Below are positions 9,209-17,147 of a DNA stretch of 64,000 bases, one piece after another. Under the pieces are notes generated by a model. That model ran no database searches. It was not told the origin of the DNA and saw only the letters and a program-made list of their open reading frames with translations. A program made the position numbers and the translations under genes. The stretch comes from Candidatus Hydrogenedens sp. (GTDB lineage Bacteria; Hydrogenedentota; Hydrogenedentia; Hydrogenedentales; Hydrogenedentaceae), in assembly GCA_049968235.1 (NCBI GenBank), contig JBMFRC010000009.1, positions 68,913-132,912 of the forward strand, written 5' to 3'. How positions within the stretch are numbered: the first letter of the stretch is position 1; every line of letters starts with the position of its first letter.

Positions 9209-12200
9209 TCATAATGATTCCAATCGTTTTAATTCCTTTCCCAGTACATTATCACTCCCAAATAACGCTATATGCTCCTTTATCATATTTACTGCTTCCT
9301 TTACCCTGTGATGTTGAGATAGGAAAGTCGAATACTTCAGGATAAGTGAAACATCTCCGGGGTAGAAATCTATAAACGCTTTAATTGTTTGTTCCGCAGA
9401 TTCGATATAGCCTAATTGTTCGCATACATAAATATATAGGTCAAGAATCCCCGGATAATCATAACTGTTCGAAAAGGCATAATTTAAGTGTTTATAAGAT
9501 TCGTGCATATTCCCTGATTGTAAATATCCCTGTCCCATGGCAAGGTGCAGACGAATATTCTCAGGTTCTTCTTGGAATACTTTTCCCAATAATTCTAACG
9601 CTGTTTGCGTTTGATTCATTGCTAATAATAGCAGTCCATAATCTATATGTAATTCATTATTTTTTTCAATTTCTAATGCTTTCAGATAACATTCTTGTGC
9701 TTTTACAAGGTTACCCGTGTGAGCATACGCTTTCCCTTCAATACTGTATCGTTTCCATAGAGGCAAGTCGCTTTCTGTTTTTGCAAGTTCAAATAACAGG
9801 TCCGTTCTCCCTGCTTCCAATAATTTGCGAACCTGTTCATTGATTTCATTTATATCCGAAGGGAGTTTTTGTGCAATAACGATATATTGGAAGGTGCGGA
9901 ACACCTCATATTCTTCGTCGCTGATTTTATCAATACAAATTTTACCCATGTGTAAATTCCCATTTTCATCACGGGGTATTATGTCCTCAGATGCTATGGA
10001 AAGAGGTCCAATAGCATTAATCAGGAGACCTGTTTTACGAATAAATTCTTGTAAAGTATCTCTCGTGTAAAATTTCAAATGAGTTATATCCTGAATTCCG
10101 GAATCACGATAGTCCCACCTCCCAAGAGATAAACCAAAAATAACACCCCAATATTGGACATTAGGAATGCTGATGATAACATAACCATACGGTTTTAGAT
10201 AACGAATTAAATTTCGCAATGCTTTCTCGGGGTGTTCTGTATGTTCTAATACATCACAACAGGTAATTACATCAAAATAATCATTTTCAAATGGGAAATC
10301 ATCCTTCTCAATATTTCCAATAAAAACTTTATCTAAAACCTTTTTGGCAATTTCAGCAATGTCAGGTACAATTTCTATTCCTACCACTTCCTCCACACCC
10401 AATTCACGTTTCATTGCTAATCCAAAATTCCCTGTAGCACAGCCAATATCGAGAACCTTTTTTGTCCCATCGGGAATATATTTTAAGACCTCTCTTCTCT
10501 CAGAAGAGTAATAGTTTATAGGTTTAATTTCCAATCGTTTCGCTTTTGTTGTATCAATCTTGAAAATTTCCTCTACCTTCTTAATAATCTGTTGGCACCT
10601 ATGGTAATAAGTATGACTCTCTAATACCTTTTGTTGTCCCTGCCTTGCGATTTGCTCTCGTTCCTCTTTATGCTCCAGATAATACCGAATTTTTTCAATT
10701 AAGTCCTTTTCATTTTCATAAATAACAAGATCTTTACCATCCTCAAACAATTCCAGAATACTATCTGCAGGGTCTGTAACTAGTAAAGCACCTCCTGCCA
10801 TACCTTCAAATACTCTCATGTTTAAATCGTAATTAATTGCAGAATTCACAACAATTTTACTTCTTGAATACACTTCCCCCATTTCAAGAGGCCATTTTTT
10901 ACCAATATAATGATTTGGAAATATTTCGGCTACTTTCATTAATAACCTTCTTCTTTTATCTCCTTCATCAGGCGATAAACTACCTACATAAGAAACATCT
11001 ATGTCACGAGACAATTCTTTTTGGGGATATAGTTCAGGACAACATGCAAGAGGTAGCCAGAAGACATAACGGACACCCTGCTCCTTAAAAAGTTTGACAT
11101 GACTTTGTTGAGCCAGAAACACAATGTCAAAATGCTTTGCTATTTCCAACCGTGTTTGAAAGTCCAGGTGGGTATCAATAAGATACGCCACACGAGGAAT
11201 ATTGAGCATGTCTATCATAGGGTCAACTGTTTTAAGACCGGAATCAACATAGATATAAAAATCTGATGGATATCCTGATGGAATACCTGCTAAAAGATTC
11301 TCTATGCGTTTATCGCCAAAGGAGGTAGGAATCCTTTGCGGAGGATATGGTGGAGGATTTTGAAATCCCCACTTATATAACAAATCTTCAGGACATCGAA
11401 AACCCGATGTTATAACATCATGGTCTTTTTCAAAGGCAAATTCAAAATATCGGGCTGTTGTGTGGGGTGAAGTTATATAATCTAATATAATGCGATAGTG
11501 CTTTTTCGCTGTTGATGGTTTTGTTATCTGAATAGAAGTGGTTTCTTTTCCACTTTGTTTCAATATTATCTTCTGCCAATTATCAACAAATTGAGATATA
11601 GGAAATTTCTTTTGAACAGTTTCTCTACCTCGTGTTCCTATTTCCCTGGCTAAGTCCGGATTTCCTAAGAGGAGTTCCAGATATTTGCGTAGCTGTGCTG
11701 GGTCAAAAGAAGTAAAGCCATCTACTCCATTTGTAATAGGAGAAGAACGATTGTTTAGAGCAACCACTGGCATACCACAAGCCATTGCCTCTAATGTAGA
11801 AAGATTATATCCATCTTCAAATTCCTGACGGGTGATATGTAATAGACAGCGGTTCAAACGATATGCAGACAGCAATTCTTCAAAGTTTATAGATGGCTTT
11901 GAATTTTCAACCCCCGGATTTTCTCCCACAATAATATTGGGTAATCCCTTGCAGAGAGCCTCCTGTAATGGGAAATCAAACATCCAGTTCCGCACCTGCA
12001 TATAATTGCCTACTCGCAAAATTACTTCTTTACTCCCCGCATAGCCTCCATATTCTTCTATATCAATTCCGGGTAGAACCACATACCCCGGATAACCATA
12101 ATCATCTCTTTTAGAAGGGGAAATAAATACGAAAGTGAATCGTTCAGATAGGATATTTATGACCTTCTCAAAATTATTAACAACAAAAACATCGTTCTTT

Positions 12201-12514
12201 GGGAGTGTTGTTTTCAGATAGGTTTTTCTGTTATGACATACAAGAATTTTAGGGCAATTTGCTTCGCGAATATCCCAGGCATTTGTTTCATTATGTGCAA
12301 TAACAATATCATAATAGCCTTTAAAAACTCGTTCCCGCCACTCATTTTCAGGGACTTCATGTAAATTTTCAGGTATAGGTCGAAATTCCGTTTTCCACTT
12401 TCGAGCAAGCAGTCCCTCGCTATATAACCCCAAATCCATCTCAAACCCTGTTTTTGCCATCAAACACATGTAAGGCTCATGAAAATTAAAGGTTAAGATT
12501 TTAAGTTGTCCCAT
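9209..12514 (-). CDS. 1101-aa multidomain enzyme: GT4-type glycosyltransferase, CgeB-like domain, class I SAM-dependent methyltransferase, C-terminal TPR repeats.
   Basis: GT4 motif EAMACGMPVVA. CgeB-like NMRVFEGMAGGALLVTDP. Methyltransferase motif I VLDIGCATGNFG, with DVITCCDVLEH and YLKPYGYVIISIPN. TPR-like helical repeats in the last roughly 300 aa. Confidence 0.7.
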   Translation of the reverse strand: MGQLKILTFNFHEPYMCLMAKTGFEMDLGLYSEGLLARKWKTEFRPIPENLHEVPENEWRERVFKGYYDIVIAHNETNAWDIREANCPKILVCHNRKTYLKTTLPKNDVFVVNNFEKVINILSERFTFVFISPSKRDDYGYPGYVVLPGIDIEEYGGYAGSKEVILRVGNYMQVRNWMFDFPLQEALCKGLPNIIVGENPGVENSKPSINFEELLSAYRLNRCLLHITRQEFEDGYNLSTLEAMACGMPVVALNNRSSPITNGVDGFTSFDPAQLRKYLELLLGNPDLAREIGTRGRETVQKKFPISQFVDNWQKIILKQSGKETTSIQITKPSTAKKHYRIILDYITSPHTTARYFEFAFEKDHDVITSGFRCPEDLLYKWGFQNPPPYPPQRIPTSFGDKRIENLLAGIPSGYPSDFYIYVDSGLKTVDPMIDMLNIPRVAYLIDTHLDFQTRLEIAKHFDIVFLAQQSHVKLFKEQGVRYVFWLPLACCPELYPQKELSRDIDVSYVGSLSPDEGDKRRRLLMKVAEIFPNHYIGKKWPLEMGEVYSRSKIVVNSAINYDLNMRVFEGMAGGALLVTDPADSILELFEDGKDLVIYENEKDLIEKIRYYLEHKEEREQIARQGQQKVLESHTYYHRCQQIIKKVEEIFKIDTTKAKRLEIKPINYYSSERREVLKYIPDGTKKVLDIGCATGNFGLAMKRELGVEEVVGIEIVPDIAEIAKKVLDKVFIGNIEKDDFPFENDYFDVITCCDVLEHTEHPEKALRNLIRYLKPYGYVIISIPNVQYWGVIFGLSLGRWDYRDSGIQDITHLKFYTRDTLQEFIRKTGLLINAIGPLSIASEDIIPRDENGNLHMGKICIDKISDEEYEVFRTFQYIVIAQKLPSDINEINEQVRKLLEAGRTDLLFELAKTESDLPLWKRYSIEGKAYAHTGNLVKAQECYLKALEIEKNNELHIDYGLLLLAMNQTQTALELLGKVFQEEPENIRLHLAMGQGYLQSGNMHESYKHLNYAFSNSYDYPGILDLYIYVCEQLGYIESAEQTIKAFIDFYPGDVSLILKYSTFLSQHHRVKEAVNMIKEHIALFGSDNVLGKELKRLESL

Positions 12515-12553
12515 GTTTCCTTTCTATTCTTTTATCTATGAAAATTAAACATT

Positions 12554-13192
12554 TTAGGTTGTTTTAATAATATATTGGATTGCCAATTGTTTTAACTGAC
12601 CCACGATTTCAGGTTCTTTTTCTGCAAGAGGAGCTAATTCATATTCCAGCAAGTCCCCAAGACCAATACAATCGTTATTTTCGAGAGATTTATATGCTTC
12701 CTCAAGAACATGATTCAATTCGTCATGATGTTCTTTTATCTTCCTTATAATAGGATTCTCTTCCGTTACATGGGAACTCAATATATTGATTATAAGTGCC
12801 TCTCTTTTTTTAATTTCACTCCATATCTCCGAAAGTTTCTGAAAAGGGTCAAATCCTTCATCCGGATTTTCACTCTGAAATACCCGAGCAATTTCACAAC
12901 ATAAATCACTTAATTCCGGTGAATATAATTCCAAATCCGCAATACCTTCCTCCACCAATTGGTAAATTGGATAGGTATTAATTTCTAATGTCCGTATATT
13001 AGAGATATTCATTTCTTGAATAGATTCTAATGACCTACCGGGATATACTTCTTGCTCATTAACTCTTAACTTTACCATTGCCAGTTGTTGACTATTAAGA
13101 AAATTCATAATCTCGTTCAGAGCCGATTGAAGTGTATCCGGCGAATTGGAAAATTGAAATCCTTTTACTCCATCAATGAGCACTTCCATCAC
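12554..13192 (-). CDS. Hypothetical acidic helical protein, 212 aa, lying between csrA and the glycosylation genes.
   Basis: No recognisable family and not flagellin-like. Its start overlaps the 3' end of csrA by about 20 nt, implying translational coupling. Confidence 0.4.
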   Translation of the reverse strand: MMEVLIDGVKGFQFSNSPDTLQSALNEIMNFLNSQQLAMVKLRVNEQEVYPGRSLESIQEMNISNIRTLEINTYPIYQLVEEGIADLELYSPELSDLCCEIARVFQSENPDEGFDPFQKLSEIWSEIKKREALIINILSSHVTEENPIIRKIKEHHDELNHVLEEAYKSLENNDCIGLGDLLEYELAPLAEKEPEIVGQLKQLAIQYIIKTT

Positions 13193-13424
13193 GGGGGTCT
13201 CCTTTGTTGGGTTGGAAAACGGGAATATCCTTCGGGGGTTCTACCCGTGCTGCCTCTTCATTTTCCGCTTTGATTGATAGATATACCTCTTTCCGATGAA
13301 CAGGAATAGAACGCGGTGCTTCTATCCCTATTTTGACCTGATTTTCCCGTAATTCAAGCACTTTGATTTCGATATTATCGCCAATCATTATGCTTTCATC
13401 TTCCTTACGCGTAAGCACAAGCAT
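13173..13424 (-). CDS. csrA: Carbon storage regulator CsrA.
   Basis: [47 protein letters not shown] is a canonical CsrA core. The start was moved to the internal ATG at 13422-13424, which sits behind an AGGAGG ribosome-binding site. The start codon lies 1 nt downstream of the fliW stop. Confidence 0.85.
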   Translation of the reverse strand: MLVLTRKEDESIMIGDNIEIKVLELRENQVKIGIEAPRSIPVHRKEVYLSIKAENEEAARVEPPKDIPVFQPNKGDPRDGSAH

Positions 13425-13425
13425 A

Positions 13426-13884
13426 TTAGACCTCCTGTCTATTAGTTGGTTGTTCATTTTGGGGTTGCGCAAGGAACCATTGAACAGGGTAATCCGTTCT
13501 GTCCAATACCATTTGCTTTGCTAACCTTGTTTTTGTATTTATTACAATGGGGGCTCTTAAATTTGTCCGGATTTTGGTCGGGTCTTCCGGAACCACAAGT
13601 AATGTATATATGGAAATCTCCTGAGGAGAATCGGCTTGTAATTCATGTAAATCCTGGGGAGTAAAAGAAACCTGATAATCTGGCAAAACCTGCAAAGGTT
13701 CTAACAAAAGAAAAGCCAATGCACCATCTTCTATAGACTGAAGCCACCAAAGAGGGCTATCTTTAGGTCCTGGCAATAACATAAACTTCTGACAATTCTG
13801 AAATCCTAAAATAGGTTTTACAAATAGAAGAATTTGATTCTCATCAATTTCTATCTCACCGAATCGTGTTGTTTGTAGTTTCAT
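13426..13884 (-). CDS. fliW: Flagellar assembly factor FliW.
   Basis: [21 protein letters not shown]...[13 protein letters not shown]...[19 protein letters not shown]...PDYQV...[30 protein letters not shown] matches the FliW/DUF180 family. The start was chosen at the MKLQ methionine. The upstream AT-rich extension of the ORF is probably untranslated. Confidence 0.8.
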   Translation of the reverse strand: MKLQTTRFGEIEIDENQILLFVKPILGFQNCQKFMLLPGPKDSPLWWLQSIEDGALAFLLLEPLQVLPDYQVSFTPQDLHELQADSPQEISIYTLLVVPEDPTKIRTNLRAPIVINTKTRLAKQMVLDRTDYPVQWFLAQPQNEQPTNRQEV

Positions 13885-14164
13885 ATAATTCTGTTCATTC
13901 CTTTTTGTTTTCAGTATGCAATATTTTATTTTACAATAACAACTCATTATTATAAAAATGTGTAATATCAAATAAACATTTGTAAAATATATCGATATAT
14001 AATATAATTTACACTTAAATGTTAACATCAAGGAAGTAGTGTGTTTGGAGAAGAAAACCAGATATTGATAAAGGAGATGTTAAGATGCGACATACTGAAA
14101 AAGTAAATGATTAAAAAGAATATAATGCGTTTAAAGAACTTATAAAAGAAAACTTATCAAGGCA

Positions 14165-14455
14165 GTGGATGATGAGGATTATGAACGGTTGAAGTTCATA
14201 TTCTCTATGTTAGAAATGCTTTTCCAGATAAAGGAAAGACTTAATATTTCAGAGAAAGAGAGCAATGAGTTTGATGAACAAGAATTAGAAGTGATAGAGA
14301 CGGAAACAGGCAAAGATGTTAAAAAGAACAGAAAGAAAAGAAGTAAACCCTCAGAGGATAAAAAGGATGAAATTCAAGAAACGAAAGAAGATATGGGTAA
14401 AGAAAATATAATTGAAGAAGAGGAAGATGTAATTAAAAAAGAAGCGGTAACATAG
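14165..14455 (+). CDS. Lys/Glu-rich low-complexity ORF, possibly the N-terminal part of the downstream Mrr_N-like gene.
   Basis: Highly charged K/E-rich sequence. Ends at TAG 14453-14455. The downstream ORF continues in the same frame. Confidence 0.35.
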   Translation: MDDEDYERLKFIFSMLEMLFQIKERLNISEKESNEFDEQELEVIETETGKDVKKNRKKRSKPSEDKKDEIQETKEDMGKENIIEEEEDVIKKEAVT

Positions 14456-14548
14456 GAAGAGGAGAAATCATCAAAGAAAAAGCAATCTCCACCAGAGAAA
14501 TTAGCTCGCGGTTTAAAAACACCTGAAAGAGCCTATGTCCTACCGGTA

Positions 14549-14956
14549 GTGGATTCCTTAATGGAATTTGGGGGAACTGCTCCTCGAAAAGAAGTTGTCA
14601 CAAGGGTATTTGAAAAAATGAAACATATCTTAAAAGATTATGATTTAGAACCCATGTCATACAATAAATATGTCCCTCGCTGGAAAGATACTTTACATTG
14701 GGTAAGATTACACTTACTTGAAAGGGGAATCCTTGAGAAAGGAACTGAAAAAGGTATTTGGACTTTAACAGAATATGGTAAAGCCTATTACGCTATGCAC
14801 AAAGATAGAACAGAAGAAAAGAAAGAGGTTGATATTCCTCCATACTCCGAAAAAAGTGAAGAAATGACTAGTGAAGGAACTTTTTCTGCTCCCGAAAAGC
14901 AGGAAGAAAATATAGAACATAACATTAGTGAACCAAGAGATATCTTAAATCAGTAG
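14549..14956 (+). CDS. Winged-helix protein with an Mrr N-terminal-like (Mrr_N) domain.
   Basis: VVDSLMEFGGTAPRKEVVTRVFEKMKHIL...YVPRWKDTLHWVRLHLLERGILEKGTEKGIWTLTEYGKAYY resembles the Mrr_N DNA-binding fold. The in-frame sequence upstream back to the TAG at 14453 (EEEKSSKKKQSPPEKLARGLKTPERAYVLP) also looks coding. Confidence 0.5.
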   Translation: MDSLMEFGGTAPRKEVVTRVFEKMKHILKDYDLEPMSYNKYVPRWKDTLHWVRLHLLERGILEKGTEKGIWTLTEYGKAYYAMHKDRTEEKKEVDIPPYSEKSEEMTSEGTFSAPEKQEENIEHNISEPRDILNQ

Positions 14957-15042
14957 ATAGAAATTATAGAATAAAAAATAAATCCCGATAATTTTACCTC
15001 TTTCCCAGAAATACAATCCTTTATTGACATGAAAGTATATCC

Positions 15043-15077
15043 ATAAAAAAGCCTCTCGTAAAAAGAGAGGCTTTTTT
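15043..15077. terminator. Bidirectional rho-independent terminator.
   Basis: Perfect hairpin GCCTCTC-gtaaaaa-GAGAGGC flanked by an A-run on one side and a T-run on the other. It terminates the + strand gene ending at 14956 and the - strand tRNA-Leu ending at 15079. Confidence 0.7.
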
Positions 15078-15078
15078 A

Positions 15079-15165
15079 TGGTGCCCGGGAGGAGAATTGA
15101 ACTCCTACCCCATTTCTGGGACCAGATCCTTAGTCTGGCGCGTCTGCCATTTCCGCCACCCGGGC
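15079..15165 (-). tRNA. Class II (long variable arm) tRNA, most likely tRNA-Leu. The anticodon loop reads CUAAGGA, so the anticodon appears to be AAG.
   Basis: Hand-folded: acceptor GCCCGGG/CCCGGGC, discriminator A and CCA are encoded. D-stem is 3 bp. Anticodon stem CCAGA/TCTGG. Long variable arm CCCAGAAATGGGG. T-arm AGGAG-TTCAATT-CTCCT. Confidence 0.7.
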
Positions 15166-15273
15166 GCATATATTTGAAAAGTGTTTAAATTCTATAACAA
15201 ACAGCAGAAAAATTTAAAGTTAAGGTTCCTTTTAATGTCAGACCTATCGTACTCGTTAGTTTCGTCAGATTTA

Positions 15274-15528
15274 TCAAAGCATAGGTTCATGTCTCCCTTT
15301 ACCAGGACCATTCGGATGACGAAGACAGAAATTCGTAGTCATGCCGGCAATAGAACCGAACTTCTTCCCACAATATTTGCAAATATATGTCTCTTTCTCC
15401 TCTCCCTCATAAGGTACATGTCTCCCCTTACCGGGACCATTCGGATATCTTATGCATGCGGAAGATGTTAAAGACTGGACACTGGTTGCTTGTTTCCCAC
15501 AATATTTACAACGATAAATAGTAGTCAT
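15274..15528 (-). CDS. Small tandemly duplicated zinc-ribbon-like protein, 84 aa.
   Basis: Two copies of Y-x-C-K-Y-C-G-K-x(11-13)-C-[IL]-R-[YH]-P-N-G-P-G-K-G-R-H-x-P. Weak GGGAAG ribosome-binding site upstream. Confidence 0.5.
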   Translation of the reverse strand: MTTIYRCKYCGKQATSVQSLTSSACIRYPNGPGKGRHVPYEGEEKETYICKYCGKKFGSIAGMTTNFCLRHPNGPGKGRHEPML

Positions 15529-15546
15529 AATTATCTTCCCTGTTAA

Positions 15547-16275
15547 TTAGAGTTTAATACCATGTTCTTTAGCAACGAGAATATTAGAACGGAGCAGTGC
15601 TTCGAAACTACCACAATCTGCCCACCAACCTTCTAAAACTTCATAAGTCATTGTTCCCCGTCGAATATACTCATTATTTACATCTGTTATTTCCAATTCA
15701 CCACGTGCACTGGGTTTCAATGTCTTACAAATGTTAAACACATCCGCATCATACATATATATTCCGATGACTGCATAATGGGTCGGTGGAACTTTAGGTT
15801 TTTCTATAATCTCTTTCACTTTTCCATTCTCTACTATAGCAACCCCAAATTCCTGGGGATTGGGGACTTCTTTTAAAAAAATCTTTGCACCGCAATCTTG
15901 TTTTTCAAAATCATCTACTGCATTCTTGATACTACCCTGCGTAAAGTTATCACCAAGGATAACTACCACTTTATCTCCACCAACAAATGGTTCTGCAAGT
16001 TTAAGAGCATGAGCAATTCCCCCCTCTGTTTTCTGATAAGTATAATGAAGTTGATGTAATCCAAAATCTTCACCATTCCCTAATAACCGAAGAAAATCTC
16101 CCGCATTATTCCCACCTGTAACTATCATAATATCTTTAATACCCGCATCTACAAGTGTTTGTATAGGATAAAAAATCATAGGTTTGTTATATACAGGCAA
16201 TAAGTGCTTATTAGTTACGCGAGTTAATGGTAATAATCTTGTTCCTAAACCTCCAGCCAGGACAACACCTTTCAT
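15547..16275 (-). CDS. Sugar-phosphate nucleotidyltransferase (RfbA/NTP-transferase family).
   Basis: MKGVVLAGGLGTRLLPLTRVTNKHLLPVYNKPMIFYPI is the G-x-G-T-R-L nucleotidyltransferase N-terminus. 242 aa. Confidence 0.8.
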   Translation of the reverse strand: MKGVVLAGGLGTRLLPLTRVTNKHLLPVYNKPMIFYPIQTLVDAGIKDIMIVTGGNNAGDFLRLLGNGEDFGLHQLHYTYQKTEGGIAHALKLAEPFVGGDKVVVILGDNFTQGSIKNAVDDFEKQDCGAKIFLKEVPNPQEFGVAIVENGKVKEIIEKPKVPPTHYAVIGIYMYDADVFNICKTLKPSARGELEITDVNNEYIRRGTMTYEVLEGWWADCGSFEALLRSNILVAKEHGIKL

Positions 16276-16410
16276 TTAATTTCTCCTTATATCTAATTTA
16301 CAAATTGCATTGTATTTGTCTTATCATTATACAATCTTTTATCTGTATTTAAAACTAATGGTATTATTTATCTCAATTTGATAAAAAAAGAATCAATAGG
16401 AGAATAGAAA

Positions 16411-17133
16411 ATGAAGATGCTAAAAATTATCTTAACTTCTGTAATAATTCTTTTTATACTGACTACTTTTCTTACTTGCACTACAAATGGCAGAGAAGAA
16501 ATTCAAAAGCGAATACCTGTTGGTAAATGTACACCTCCACCCCGTGGTGATGGTTGGATAAATTTATTCTCAGCAGAAAACCAATCTAAATGGGAAAATG
16601 TAACATCCGACAACAAAAAAACAGGATTTGAATTTATGCCTGACAATATATTACATATTTTTGGTTCTAAATCAGGAGGTTATATTGCATATATGGGTGA
16701 AGAAATAACCGATTTTGAGTTACATATTGAATTTCAATTAACACCAAAAGCGAACAGCGGTGTTTTTTTCCGTTCCGACCTAAAGGACCCTGTTCAGAAA
16801 GGATTTGAAATACAGGTTTTGGAGGATTATGGACAATCTCCTAACAAACAAGGTTCCGGTTCTTTATACGATGTAGCCACCCCTATGTTTAATATGTGCT
16901 TACCTCCCGGTGAATGGAATTCTTATGATATTACTTGCAAGGGGAGTCATCTCATCGTAATAATGAATGGTTGGAAAGTTATTGATGTTGATATTTCTCT
17001 TATGACAATGCCAATCGGAAAATTTGATACACCCTTAGCGCAACTACCTCAAAAGGGATATTTACAACTTCAGGACCATGGCGGTGAAGTATGGTATCGA
17101 AACGCTTATTATAAAAATATTGCAGGTAATTAA
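16411..17133 (+). CDS. Secreted DUF1080 (3-keto-disaccharide hydrolase-like, LamG-fold) protein.
   Basis: Signal peptide. The motif GYLQLQDHGGEVWYRN is characteristic of DUF1080. Confidence 0.75.
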   Translation: MKMLKIILTSVIILFILTTFLTCTTNGREEIQKRIPVGKCTPPPRGDGWINLFSAENQSKWENVTSDNKKTGFEFMPDNILHIFGSKSGGYIAYMGEEITDFELHIEFQLTPKANSGVFFRSDLKDPVQKGFEIQVLEDYGQSPNKQGSGSLYDVATPMFNMCLPPGEWNSYDITCKGSHLIVIMNGWKVIDVDISLMTMPIGKFDTPLAQLPQKGYLQLQDHGGEVWYRNAYYKNIAGN

Positions 17134-17147
17134 TACAGGAATTCGAG

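Noticed and set aside
9385-12444. Several + and - strand ORFs of 60-150 aa inside the 1101-aa GT/methyltransferase gene, and similar antisense ORFs inside most long genes.
   Set aside because: They are shadow ORFs of strongly supported coding regions.
13885-14164. Sigma-28 (FliA) type promoter upstream of fliW.
   Set aside because: A TAAA...TCGATAT-like pattern exists on the - strand near 13990-14015, but the spacing is about 4 nt short of the TAAA-N15-GCCGATAA consensus. It is too weak to call in an AT-rich region.
14945-15169. 74-aa ORF on the - strand.
   Set aside because: It lies entirely over the tRNA-Leu gene and its terminator hairpin. The composition is low-complexity.
15181-15471. 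96-aa + strand ORF.
   Set aside because: It is antisense to the internally duplicated zinc-ribbon ORF, which has the more protein-like and repeat-consistent translation.
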